This document shows positions 48,000 to 60,506 of a stretch of DNA of 64,000 nucleotides, piece by piece. The position numbers and the translations under genes are program-made. Source of the stretch: Setoptus koraiensis. Taxonomy: Eukaryota; Animalia; Arthropoda. The notes under the pieces were generated by a model. The model saw only the letters and a list, made by a program, of their open reading frames with translations. It made no database searches and had not been told where the DNA came from. Positions within the stretch are counted from its first letter, which is position 1. Every line of letters starts with the position of its first letter. The stretch is from the NCBI GenBank assembly GCA_048013815.1, contig CM106586.1, positions 15,190,001 to 15,254,000 on the forward strand, given 5' to 3'.

Positions 48000-48426
48000 T
48001 AGTGATGGGGGGAGATCTCCCGCCACGGGAGAAATTTCTCCCGCCCAGGGAGAATTCTCCCGGGAGATTTTCTCCCTGGGAGCCTCCCGGGCTCTCCCGC
48101 TCCCGCGGATCTCCCGAGTCTCCCAAATGTCCCGTTTTTGAAAAATTTATCGAAACACTCTTTGCTTGGCTGAGCATTTTCTGGCGCTCGAGGCGCTCCT
48201 GGCGGAGAAGAAAGCAAGCTTCCATAGTCAAAAACGCACACGGGAGGTTTGGGAGAAATTCGGGAGGTTTGGGAAGAATTTGGGAGATTCGGGAGAGGAT
48301 TGGGACATTCGGGAGACTCGGGAGATCCGCGGGAGCGGGAGAGCCCGGGAGGCTCCCATGGGTGAATCTCCCGGGGAGCGGGAGATGTTCTCCCATGGGC
48401 GGGAGATCGATCTCCCCCCATCACTA
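48000..48426. mobile_element. hAT-type foldback MITE 2 (427 bp)
   Basis: TIR TAGTGATGGGGGGAGATC at both ends; 8-bp TSD CGCGTCGA at 47992-47999 and 48427-48434; long internal inverted arms with CTCCC/GGGAG repeats. Confidence 0.92.
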
Positions 48427-48972
48427 CGCGTCGATTGTTGCTTGAAATGCGCGCTTCATGCTGAGATGAAGCGCCAAGTCAGCTGTGCGCCAAATAGAAC
48501 TAATAGCGCGCGCCTCGCTCTACTATGGAGCCCAAAATTCATTGTTTACATTTTGCGCCTGATTCGGCACACACACACACACACAAGCGAAAAGAAGCGC
48601 CCGAAATAATCTGCGCACTGCGCACATCGGTGTGTGTGTCATAATTCGTCGATTTGAACAGTGAGTGTGTGTGTGTCACAACGTGTAGTACAAAATTTGA
48701 GCGCCATTCTCTGTGCCACATTGTGTGTTGAGATTCTCACCGCCGAAGAATGCGCCAGACTCTGGTGGTCAGAGTTCATTTGCTGTCATTTCATCTCATT
48801 CATCAGGTTTCATTCGCTCGGGCCACATCCCCTGTATCTAGACAACAATCAACTATTTACTGTCGAAGTTCCAGTGATATCCACTGTATAATTTTTACCG
48901 TCAATACCATCATTTAGCATCAATTTTAGGTCACCTCACTTGTAATTAGACACACAACAAAACTCTTCAGAA

Positions 48973-50994
48973 ATGGCCACCAAAAGACTGGAAATGCATC
49001 CACTACAAACCGCCGCCAATAAGAGCCCATTCCTAAGCTCAACACTCAACAAGACCAACCTCAACAATCATCGGGCAAACAATAAATCGTCGCATTACCA
49101 AGCGCAGGGATTTGTTAAGCCGGCCGACTTGTTCAAAATGAGACGAAAAAAGAGCTTGGCCGGTGACAGTCCGGCTACCGAACCCAAAACTGGTCTCACT
49201 GCTGCGCCCTCATCATCATCTGATTTGTTGCTGGCCTCTAATCAGACACTCGACTCGTATCTGATGAATCCGCCCAACCAAAGTGGACCAGGCGCCGCAG
49301 CAGCATCCACTAACATGACTGGTCAATTTAGACAAAATCAACAACAATCGCCAATGAAGTCACCTAGGAAATCACCCAGCAAGAGTGCCCTTGGAACTCG
49401 TCATTTGCTTACAGCTGCAGCAAGTTCAAACTCAGCCAACTCGTCGACATCTCTTCTGGCACAATCACCGCTTAAATGTCTGAGCAACACCATTCCTGCG
49501 TCCCCTGTGAAAAAGTTGCCAACATTATTGCGTAATCCATTTGGTTCTAACCAAAACTCAAACTCCTCATCATCTTCTCTGCTCTTCAAATCACCAATGA
49601 AAACACCTATCAAACGAAAGCTTAATCTAGATGAAAATCGCTCACCAAGAAAGAAGCATAGAATGATAGAATTAGACGAGGATGCAAACTTAGAGCCACC
49701 CAAAGCTTCTTCGGACGATCAGGATTCGGGTTTGAACGAATGCCAGACTAACGATTGGAGCTTGAGAACTAAATTGCGCATCAATTTTAAACCAAAATGT
49801 AAAAATTTTTTACCAGATAAACCAAGCACCCACAAGCGAACCAGAAATTGTGCAGAAAAAGGTAGCGTTTCAAAGAAGAGTAACAACCAGTCAGATGACA
49901 ATCCTATCGACAAAGATACCAATGATAGCACTATCTCTGTCGAAGCAATCAAAAATGTTTGTACAGTCTATCAGCACCCATACATGGCTTGGATGCCTTT
50001 ATTTCCTAGGATAACAATCGATTTCAAAAGCTCGAAAGAGGTACCTCTCAATTTAGCCAAGCAACCACAAATAGCCAAGAGCCTGCATAAAGATTGGTGT
50101 GAAAGTCTAAACGACCTTGTCTCACTTCTAAGCGAAGGCCTCTGTCCCTACTTCTACATGTGCACAGATTTGTATAACATTTTATTTCGACACGTAGAAA
50201 TCAATCCGGCGGATAACGACCACCAGGATAACTGTATTCAAGCTCACATTTCGCCCTGCTCATATGGGCTTAGAAGTGAACTGAAGAAACAAGGCGTTGA
50301 ATTTGTATGCTCCACAGATAACAACGATACATTATCTAGTCAAAACGTCACCATAAACCCGTTGCTCAGAGAATTAGAATCAGTCGAAGAAGATGCGGAA
50401 CCGATACACGATAGCGGTCTGGCTACCAGTGACGATAGTAATGGATCTCCCGACGACAAAGACGAAACTTCGCAATTTTTAGAGTCTCTAGGATTGAGTC
50501 AACACGATTTTCCTTCACTTACAGCACCAGTTAAGCGTAAATCTCTCGACGAATCAAACAAGAACTCCACGAATAGTGTAAAGAGTATGACTACTGTTAT
50601 CGGATCTAGCAATGTAATCAAGATGATTGAATTTCTTAAAAGTAATCGATTGTATACCATGACAAATGTAGGCAAATTTGCCTGTATACCTCCAACACTT
50701 TTGTCACCTGTTCCATTTAGACGAAGCACTCCCCAGCAACCTGAAGTAGTACTGAGTAAGCAAGTAGACGAGACAGTGAACAAACCAAGTGTCAAATCCA
50801 AATTATTTCAGCCAAAAGAGTCAGCACCTATCAATAACAGCCCTAGTTTTGTTGAACTTAGAGGAACTATCTTACCTGGTACCTACGATGAAATACACGC
50901 ATTATTGGATACATCAAACAATAATCGACACTCATGTTCCGCAACCATTCTAGACTCTACTACATCATATAAAAACCTCCAGCTAGACAATTGA
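48973..50994 (+). CDS. DONSON: Protein downstream neighbor of Son (humpty dumpty), intronless, 673 aa
   Basis: DWSLRTKLR, YQHPYMAWMPLFPRI, CPYFYMCT, ISPCSYGLRSELKKQGVEF, PPTLLSPVPF, ELRGTILP. Confidence 0.9.
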   Translation: MATKRLEMHPLQTAANKSPFLSSTLNKTNLNNHRANNKSSHYQAQGFVKPADLFKMRRKKSLAGDSPATEPKTGLTAAPSSSSDLLLASNQTLDSYLMNPPNQSGPGAAAASTNMTGQFRQNQQQSPMKSPRKSPSKSALGTRHLLTAAASSNSANSSTSLLAQSPLKCLSNTIPASPVKKLPTLLRNPFGSNQNSNSSSSSLLFKSPMKTPIKRKLNLDENRSPRKKHRMIELDEDANLEPPKASSDDQDSGLNECQTNDWSLRTKLRINFKPKCKNFLPDKPSTHKRTRNCAEKGSVSKKSNNQSDDNPIDKDTNDSTISVEAIKNVCTVYQHPYMAWMPLFPRITIDFKSSKEVPLNLAKQPQIAKSLHKDWCESLNDLVSLLSEGLCPYFYMCTDLYNILFRHVEINPADNDHQDNCIQAHISPCSYGLRSELKKQGVEFVCSTDNNDTLSSQNVTINPLLRELESVEEDAEPIHDSGLATSDDSNGSPDDKDETSQFLESLGLSQHDFPSLTAPVKRKSLDESNKNSTNSVKSMTTVIGSSNVIKMIEFLKSNRLYTMTNVGKFACIPPTLLSPVPFRRSTPQQPEVVLSKQVDETVNKPSVKSKLFQPKESAPINNSPSFVELRGTILPGTYDEIHALLDTSNNNRHSCSATILDSTTSYKNLQLDN

Positions 50995-51573
50995 GGGGCT
51001 TTCTAGATTCACAATATAACCCCGATATTAGATGTTAAAATGAAATGAATTATTAACTTATCATAAACTATGTACACATACTAAGAACAAAGCTTACCTA
51101 CTAAATTTATATATGGATAAAATATGACAATTCTATAGAAAAAAGAATCATTGTGTATAATAATAGTTTATGTTTGACTTATCAACATGAAATTTTTCGA
51201 AATGTTTGTCCAGCTTGAATCGCCACTAGTTTCGTTTGACTTTGACTCTTCGAATTTCGCATTCAATTGTAATTTTTCGTCGTGTGAAACCATGTTCTTT
51301 TACTTGGATTCTGATCTCATTGCTGTCTGCTACTATTCGTAAGATATGCAATACAATCTTAATTTTTTTTTCTGTCAGTCCGAAGAATCGCTCGTTTATT
51401 CACGGAGTGGTTGACCGTATGGAACTGATAATGTTTGAGATTCCGTTCGCACTCCGGAAGCAAGAGCATTACGAATGAATAGATTGGGAGAGGGATATGT
51501 GCAATTTAAATTATGCAAGTGCTACATTAAGCATGCTTCGGAAAGTCGGTGATCATTGTATTTGATACTAGAT

Positions 51574-52806
51574 TTATTTTTGATTAGTCTTTTCTATAAT
51601 CTTGCCAATCTGCAAAAGTAACTCTTGGACAAACAAGCTTCTATCTGCTTTAAGAACCTCTTTCTGATGCTGCTCAGCCTCATTCAATATTGGCTCTGTA
51701 CATCGCGACAATAAAAATTGATATTGAGGCGTATTTTCTTGCACCGTTTGGCTAGTTCCATTAGTTTGAACGTTTGCCGAATTAGAGTTGACCGCACCCA
51801 CACCAGATCTTATTGAACCCTGTTCCATTAATGTGACATATGGATGATTGTGATACTGGCTTGCCGAGTGATTTGTTGCTGTTGTTGTTGTTGGGCCTAA
51901 CACGGAGCTGGGCACATGTTGCGCTGCCAAGTGGTTAGTATTCATAGATTGAAATGTTCTCCGCATTATTCTGACCTCTCGATCACTCGTTGAACGTGCG
52001 AACGAGGGTGAAGACTGCAATTGCATCTGCAATTGATGTAGTTGAGAGGCGGGTGATTGTGCCGAGGTTCCTGTTCTCCCCCTACCTGATAATTGCGATA
52101 AAAGCTCGGCTAATGGGTCCATTGCGTCTCGGGCACTGTGCGACGAAGCCGTGGCACCGCCAACAGAGTTGAATTGCGTTTGTGTTCTCCTGGCCCTGAT
52201 GCCTCCACTTCTGGTGTGGCACCTCCCGCCCCGGCTAGCCCTCATGGCGACTTGATCATTTGAATCACGTGAAGTTCTGTGTTCCATTGTCAAATGAGTG
52301 GCAAAATCTCCAAAGGTCAACTGATTAGTATCACCGCCGCATATGGGACAAACAACACCTACTGCAGTGTCGCCATTCTCCGGACTGCTGTGATCGGCTG
52401 TCACATGGTCTAAAAGTGTTACCTCTGTATATCCCAAACCACCACAGAACGGGCATGTCAATGATTGAGGCTGCTCTGAATTGATGGTTTCACCACTATA
52501 ATATAGATCATAATCGCTCCTGACTAATATACATTGCATTGGATGATCGACGGTATGCCTCGACGAAGTGAGGCCGGCTTCATAACATGTTGAGCAAAGG
52601 TCATAATCGAAACAGATTAAACATTTGTACCTCAGTCCCATGAAATTGTTTTTGCGGCAAGAATCACAAGAGACGCCTAGATGAAGGAGAGATGGACAAT
52701 AAGAGAATTGTTAGAACACAATTGTTAGTCGTGAGTATAAATTAAGAGATAGTGATTGCGTTCGGCAATTCGTTGACTTCAGCTTACCTTCATGGTTGGT
52801 TGACAT
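51574..52806 (-). CDS. KCMF1: E3 ubiquitin ligase KCMF1 (ZZ + C2H2 zinc fingers), 373 aa
   Basis: Exon 52806-52788 (MSTNHE G), intron 52787-52677, exon 52676-51574: VSCDSC...RYKCLICFDYDLCSTCYE, HPMQCIL, TCPFCG, DPLAELLSQL, DRSLFVQELLL. Confidence 0.95.
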
Positions 52807-53574
52807 GAGTGTATATTATAATCGGACAGTTCAATGTTGTCACTTTGTTTACTATCGAACGATAGTTTGCTACGAGTATAAGTTAATTGGTATCACATTT
52901 ATGTGGCTCTAATAATAGTACAAAATAAGGTTGCAAATAATAAGATATAACAATAACAACAATGTTATCGGCAACAAAGATGGTATGAGTGGCGGTACAA
53001 ATAATTTATATACCGGTATATATAACTGTATGTTTCAAAGAATAGAATTGATTGCCCAATGTTGTTTGATGTAGTGATACTATCTGCTTCTCCAGCGATC
53101 ACAATCATTCTATTAAGTTGGTAGATAATAAGTGGGCCTCTCACCTCCGAGATAAAGAAACAACATTGAGAGTGTTGATCAATGGCAACGAACGGGTGGT
53201 CAAATAATATGTGCAATAGTAATAGTATTTTATTCTTCCATAGGAATGGGTCAATGTGGATAGTAGATACAGTAGTTATTAATAAAATATAAAAATTCCA
53301 AGTCCTAGATAGTACCCATGTTGTTTAGCTTATCTATGTAGTGCACATGAATATATTAATAATATTAATTTATTTTTAGTAGAAATAACGATATATAATG
53401 ATAATTATACTAAAAATTAATGAGGATGACAAAGTTATTTATATGTTATATCGTTATGTAGATCATCGTAGACTCAACACATTCAAAGTGATACAATTCT
53501 CGTAGTCGTGGGATGTTTCACAAGTTTTGACAACAGACCAGCACTGATTGTGTGGCACATCGAGCAGCATTCTA

Positions 53575-54142
53575 TAGTGTTGGGGACTGAGCCGACTTTT
53601 CCACTTTTTGAGCCGACTGCGTTTTGCGCAGTCCGTCGACTCCGGTCGGATTGGGCCGGCTGTGCCGCGCACAGGCGAGCTGCCACAGGCGAGCTGTGTG
53701 GCAGTCAGCCAGCCGCTCAGCTGCGCTGCAGAGGTGGGCAGCTCGACTGGACGGCTGGCTGGCAAGCTCACAGCTCGGCTGTGGCAGCTCGCCTGTGCTC
53801 ACAATCGGCTGTCAATCTTGGCTGCGGGAACGACGGTATGTGGGTAGAAAAGGGTAGAAGAGGGGTAGAATAGACAATACCTCTCCTGCGGCAGCTCTCA
53901 GCCGTGGCTGCGGACTGTGGCTCACGGCTGCCAGCCCGCGACCGCAGTCCGATGGCTAAGCTGCAGTCGCGAGCTGGCAGCCGTGAGCCACAGTCCGCAG
54001 CCATGGTCGTAGACTGCTGCGCACAGCTGCACAGTCACGACTGCGGGCTGCGGCACAGGGCTGCCGACTGCGCGACTTGCACCAGAAAGTCGGCTCAGTC
54101 GGCTCTCGAGCTGCAGTCCGCAGTCGGCAGTCCCCAACACTA
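53575..54142. mobile_element. hAT-type MITE 3 (568 bp)
   Basis: TIR TAGTGTTGGGGACTG / CAGTCCCCAACACTA; 8-bp TSD GCATTCTA at 53567-53574 and 54143-54150; internal perfect 30-bp inverted repeat at 53906-53935 / 53973-54002. Confidence 0.92.
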
Positions 54143-54700
54143 GCATTCTATTGTGTCAGGATGTGTTTGTTCAAAAATATCTATTTGATTTTCGAAGACA
54201 CAACTCATGCCTCCGAGAATTGAGCAGCAGGTAACAACACCAACAGCGGGGCGAATTCAAACTTCCAACAACTGTTGTTGTTTGTTTGCCACTATTATTA
54301 CATTATTATCATGATTCAATACATGAATATACTCCAAATATCATTATATGGTTTTACTCCTAGCCTACAATCCGATACCTCAAATTGCAGAGCCAAAGGC
54401 GAACGAAACAACCTAGTTTAATAAATGGCAATTATGCCCGGAGAATGTTGAACTACTCAATGACAGGGTGAAAAATAATCAAAAAGCAAAGTAATCATTT
54501 TTCATGTCTCCAAAACGATGCTTGTTAGCTTAAGAGTGGTAAAAAAAGAGCTAACATCAATTATCTTTTGAGCTAGCATAGCAAATGGAGGCAATTGGTA
54601 AAGTTTGATCGCATCGTTTAGTATGCACTAATGAAACAATTACAGCGTTTGGTGATGATCATCATAATTATTATTAGTGGTCAATCAGTGATATCAGTGT

Positions 54701-57700
54701 TTATGTTTCGTCGGACTTGGCCGCCTTCTTACTGCCGCCACTCTTAGATTTATGTTTCCGATTTTTACGACGGTGTTTTTTCGCACCCTTGGATCTAATT
54801 TTGCTCTTTTTTTTATTACCTTTAGCAACGATGGTAGTGTTTGGCTTCGCGCTAGATACTATCTGTGGAGGCAATGGCTTTTGAGTGGTCGCAACTATAT
54901 TTTGGCTAGTTGAATTATTGCTGTCCGGTGATTTCACCGGAACTACCGGTGCTACTGGTTTACCTGGGGCCAACTGTACTACTATGTTCAGGGGATCATT
55001 ATCGGCCGATCCGTTGTTTATGGATGTAGTTTTCTCGCTCGAAACAACAGTTTTGTTGATGTTTCCATCTGGGAGATTACCTAGATAAACAGATTTGCCA
55101 TTTTTATCGACAAAGAATGATATATATATGGATTATTTAGCTCTCGAAGGAGTTAAGGAGTTGTGATAGTGATTTTTGTGTGGTATTCTTACTGATGGCG
55201 TTCATCTGGGTGCCAGTAGGAGGCGTGATGGGTGTCGGTTGCGGCGGCGGCTTCGCATCGGGTGCTGGACCCGGCACACCATCGGCGTCTTCATCAGAAT
55301 CGTGATCATCATCATCGTCGTCGCCATCGGAGCCATCGGAGCCATCTTCGTTGTCTACCTCGAAGTCGTCGGAGTCAAGATCGTAATCATCATCATAGTC
55401 GTCGTCGTCGTCATCGTCGTATTCTTCGTCTTCGTCGTCTTCGTCGTCTTCGTCGTCGTCATCGTAGTCATAATCATCATCATCGTAGTCATAATCATCA
55501 TCATCGTCATCATCGTCATCATCATCATCACCATCACCATCCTCATGCTCATACCCAGGCAGATTAGGTAGAAGTGTCGTAATAGGTGCAGCTGTCGTAA
55601 TAGGTGCAGCTGTCGTAATAGGTGCAACTGTCGTAATAGGTGCAACTGTCGTAATAAGTGCAAGTGTTGGGGTAGGAAATATTGTCTTCGTTTCAGCCGC
55701 TAGGCTAGCTGTATTTGCGGAATCCTCGAATTGTCTCACATTTGCGGACTTTTCGCTAGCTTTCGGATTGCAGAGCCTCCAGCATATTTTGCCCCTCTTG
55801 CATTTTCTCTTACACAATTCTCGGCACGTTGTCTTCTTGACGGGCGGTTGATTGTTTAGCTGATGGCTTGTTGTTTTACACTCAATCATCTTCTGCCTCG
55901 CTATTCCTGTGGCATCCTTTTCATTTATCATGGTCCTCACAACATTGCTGTTGTCGCTGTGCAGCTTCTGGTTCAACAACTTTTGCGCCGTCGTAATCAA
56001 CAGCGTCAGGCGTTCTCTTTGTTCCTCTTCGGTCATTTTGCCCATTTGCATCAAATTCTTCAGCAGATAATCGGGCCCGAAAGCGTCCACCAATGTTTTA
56101 TTGGCAGTGGCAGAGTGATTGTCCTTTGTTGCCACTATTTTTGGCTTCTCCTCGGTTTTAATCACCTTGCCATCTTTGTCTCTTATCGTCGTTGTCTTGA
56201 TCACAAGCTTCTCCATGCCCTTGCCAGACTCGCCAACAATTAATGGCTTGCTAGTCACAACTGTTTTGGTATTGCTGCTGCTGCTGCTCTTGCTACTGCT
56301 GCTATGTTTGGACCCTTTCACATGTCTATGCACCTTGTCTACAGTGGTCGTGTGGTTGTGTTTTTTGTTTTTTTTCGAGATTTTCGAGATTTTCTTCTTG
56401 CGCTTCCTCGCCGGAACGCTCCTATAGTCCGCGGGCGCCGGAATATCTGTATCGTAGACGTAGTCAAGGTCTGTCGCGTCGTCGAGCAGAGATTCGATAT
56501 CTTGGTCGTATTCGCTATCATAATCGTACAGTAGATCCTCGTCGATTTCTGTCTGAGGCAATTGTGGCAATGGCGGCAAAATTTTCTGTTTGTGCCGTCT
56601 ATCAATCACATCGGTCTTCTTTACTACATTTACCGGCGCTTTGGTTGTGACGACGTCCAATTTTATAGGTGCCGGTGGCGGGGGCGCCGGTGTCGGTGGC
56701 GCTGGTAGGGCCGGTTTGGGCGGCGGTGGTAGGGCCGGTTTGGGCGGCGGTGGTGGGGCCAGTTTGGGTGGCGGAGGTAGGGCCGGTTTGGGTGGCGGGG
56801 GCGCCGGTGTCGGTGGCGGTGGCGGTGGTAGGGCCGGTTTGGGTGGCGGAGGTAGGGTCGGTTTGGGTGCGGGTGCAGGGGCGGCTGTGGTTGTCGGGGC
56901 CTTCGTCGTTGTTGTTGTTGGCTTGGCAGTGGTGGTGGTAGTAGTGGTTGTGGTGGCTATAATTTGCATTTTGATTGTGCCATTGATATTGTCGTTTATG
57001 TGCGGTTTTACCACATCCAATATTTTCTTGATTTTATTTCCCTTTCCCTGCAATTCGACCTTAGAATCGTTGCTCGTGAGATAGCCTGACAATTTGTCGC
57101 CTTGTATGTCCCAATGATCGGGAACGTGCGATGCTGTCACATCGCTCGGCGTTTTTTTGCCCTTTCTATGTTTCTTTTTTGGTCTCTTGGAGGCCGCAGT
57201 CTTTGCTTTTGTTATTGGCGGCGCTGGTGCCACCTTAATAGGACTGGTTGCTTTTCCTGGTGCTAGCGTCGCCTCGCTGGCACTGGTTGTTTTTGCTGGT
57301 GTTGGTGATGGCGTCACCTTGCTAGCGCTGGTTGTGCTGGTACCGATTGTTTTTGCTGGTGTTGGCGATGGCGTAACCTTGCTGGCACTAGTTGTTTTTG
57401 CTGGCGCTGGCGATGCCGTCGTCACCTTGCTGGCGCTGGTTGTTTTTGCTGGTGCTGGTGAAGGCGTCGCCTTGCTGGCACCTATTGAGCTGGTACCGAC
57501 TGTTTTTTCTGGCGCTGGTGTGACAGCTGCTCTACTGTCTCCATCGGGCAAATCAGTTTCGCCTGTTTCGGATGGCTCGTCATCGGGGCTAGGTGGAATG
57601 GTGGAGGATTTCGCTTCTTTTTTCGTCTTCTTTTTACCTTTTTTCTGTCGCTTTCTAGCCTTTTTACCCGTGTCTTCGTCCACATCAATGCCGGATCTAC

Positions 57701-58610
57701 TTTCGCCCATGATCAGTTCCGTCTCAATCGTTACCTGTGTGTCCGGCGACAGAGTTGTCTCGCTGTCAGCCAGTTCTTGAAGGGCCAGGTTGGTGAGCGA
57801 GGTCAATTCAGCTTCGGCGACATTCTTAGCAACTACGCTAGACGGAGTTGTCGCGGGAGCCGATGTTACAATTTTTGTTGTGGTCACAGTGCCACTGGGT
57901 ACCGTTGTGGACGGCCTCTTTGAGCTGGCTATTTTGGCCGATTTTGTCGGCGGGGCAGGGCTCTTGGTCGGCGGGGCAGGGCTCTTGGTCGAAGGTGCAG
58001 GACTCTTCGTCGAAGGTGCAGGACTCTTGGTCGGAGGTGCAGGGCTCTTGGTCGGAGTTGGCTGGGGCGCTGGTTTTTTGGTTGTTGTTGCACCTGAGGG
58101 AACCTCAACCTTGGCCAACTTTACATTGGGCACCTTGGGTGCGTTGGTTGTAGTTGACGAGGGCGACGCTGGCGAGCTGTCATCACCTGTGATCTCCTCC
58201 ACCTCTTCCACTATTTCTGTTGTTGTTGTCTCGTCCCCTTCCGGATCGGCGCTCTCATCTTTTTTGTCGCTCTCGATTGTCTCTACAGTTTCTGTTTTGA
58301 AACTTGTTGACGAGTTGTCGCCTGTTGATTCCTCTGTTTCAACTTGAGTTTTGGTCGATCTCTTTTGTCTGAAAGATATAGACGCAATTGATTGTTCAGA
58401 TTCATGGTAGTCGCTGTGTATTGGATATTGTGACCTCGTATTAGAAATTAGCGCCGAATTACCGATATGTCTGCATTGTACAATTAATGTCTGACCAATG
58501 AAATAATTAGTGGCCGATAGTAGAGTAAATGTTATTAGCAGTAAGCTACCTAATGAGAACAATAACTTGAGCAGCTCAACTAGAAATCCAAAACTAGTTG
58601 ACTGCTTCAT
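54701..58610 (-). CDS. Large secreted or membrane modular mucin/extensin-like protein (~1265 aa)
   Basis: Exon 58610-55193, intron 55192-55081 (GTAAGA...TAG), exon 55080-54701 in frame. Hydrophobic N-terminus, RQKR site, KSPAP repeats, PPPPKPAL repeats, Lys/His basic patches, a Cys cluster and an Asp/Tyr tract. Confidence 0.8.
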
Positions 58611-60221
58611 ATCTACCGATATCTAAATATTAGTAGACCTGTCGCTGATTAACAGGCTCTATAATAACAGTTGACTGCCACCTTTTTTATATTGTTGCAA
58701 AAAGTACTGTTGCTGTTGTTGTTTATTATTGTGAACGCGACAAGCATCGCTAACATTCACATGATAAATAATTAGTATCAAAATTAATAAAAAACAGATT
58801 GAAGATGCAAGGATCATCTAGTAAAGCGACGAGAGAAAAAGTATTGGATCAAACAGATACAAAATACCATTATGCACAGTGTGTTAACAACCACCCTGTC
58901 AGTGCGATCAAAACTCTGTACTTTCATTGAATACACAGTAAGAAGCTGTCAGAGCATTTTTGAGCAGATATTTCAAACAACTTAAGCTACAAACATGATA
59001 CTTGATATCATACTCAGAGACAATCTTGCCCATTGAGAAAATTGATTTTTCATTGATAAACCCACAAACACACAATCACTGTCTGCTATTTATAATTTGT
59101 ATGATTTATCGGCGCGACTATAAAGAGTCCAGAATACTTATTTATCGTGTCAGAACAACGATCAAGTCGACATGCAATTACTAACTGCATCTAGAACAAA
59201 CGGACGGACCATGGCAAGCGGATCGATTTATTTATCAACACTTTCCCTGAATAAATAGACCGGAAGAAGGTTGGAAAAATCCAAAAAGATGGCCAAAAAG
59301 CTTGTGCAAACACTTTCATATGCCGTGATTGGTATTTTATTGACAATTTCAGCTCCGGCAGCCGATGAAAAGTTGGCGGCGAGTGATGTGGAACAACTAG
59401 AGCGAACGGACAGATTCCAATGTGGCCATGCTGATTGAGTTTACGAAGCAAAAAAAAACATCAAATCTGTTGGGTTAGAAACAATGTGGATAGGAACAAC
59501 ATTGTATTTTAGTGTAATCACTAAGATCTCTGCCCGTGTCAGGCAATCGTACCATAGGCGATTCTATGTTTGTCAGACAATCATACTGTCAGGCAATCGT
59601 CCATTTTCGAAATTTTTGGCATTTGACACACCGCACTGCAATCAGTATATCAGTCATTATTATACCCATTTTCATCTGTGACGTTTCAGCTCTCGCATAA
59701 GGTTGGGTCGACGCGCAAATTGTTGCGAACTGGCTGATGCAAATATAGTGGCGCAAATAGTATCGTTACTCGTTTATATACCTTATGTACTCGGAATCCG
59801 AGTGTCGGATTTGATTCAAAGACTATGTCAATCTACTTTTATTCTAGCCATTTTGTCCAACTGTCTTCCAACACCAATTCATAAATATACGCACCGTTGC
59901 AGATTCACATTAAAATCCGGTGAGTCGCTTACAAAAGTTGCTAGCATCAGTAATTGATTTGGAGTGATATATTAACATGTAGAAAGAGATATCGATACGT
60001 TGTTGGTGACTTATCAATTTTCTTGTTTACATTTACACTGTGAACATGTTGTCGGATATGATTTTTGTTTGTACACTTTTGATACTCATATACATATTGA
60101 CACATTCAGATACAAAGATGCACAAAAGGATTAGTAAATGAATCAATTTACCCAGGCTTCAACATCTCTGTTTCCGGTTGCATATGCTGTGTGTCTGTTG
60201 TGGTAATAAGCACGATCACAA

Positions 60222-60464
60222 TTATGTAAAAACAGTAGCTAGGCTTGCAGAATTGGAGACATCAATGGATGGCTCATGTTGGCCCATATCACAATCTTCA
60301 GTGGTCATCGTAGCTGGCATCCTGTAACTGTCTTGATTTGCTGTTGTTGTTGTTGTGCGATTATTGTTGTTGTGCTGAGAAAAAGGACATGATGGTGTTT
60401 CCTTTCTGGGGGCATTGTAGCAATCCGATGACAAAATTTTAACTGGCTGTGTACAATTGTTTTT

Positions 60465-60506
<42 letters not shown>

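Noticed and set aside
52965-53216. DHPF-containing ORF resembling a serpin C-terminus
   Set aside because: Spacing is off and there is no upstream serpin body.
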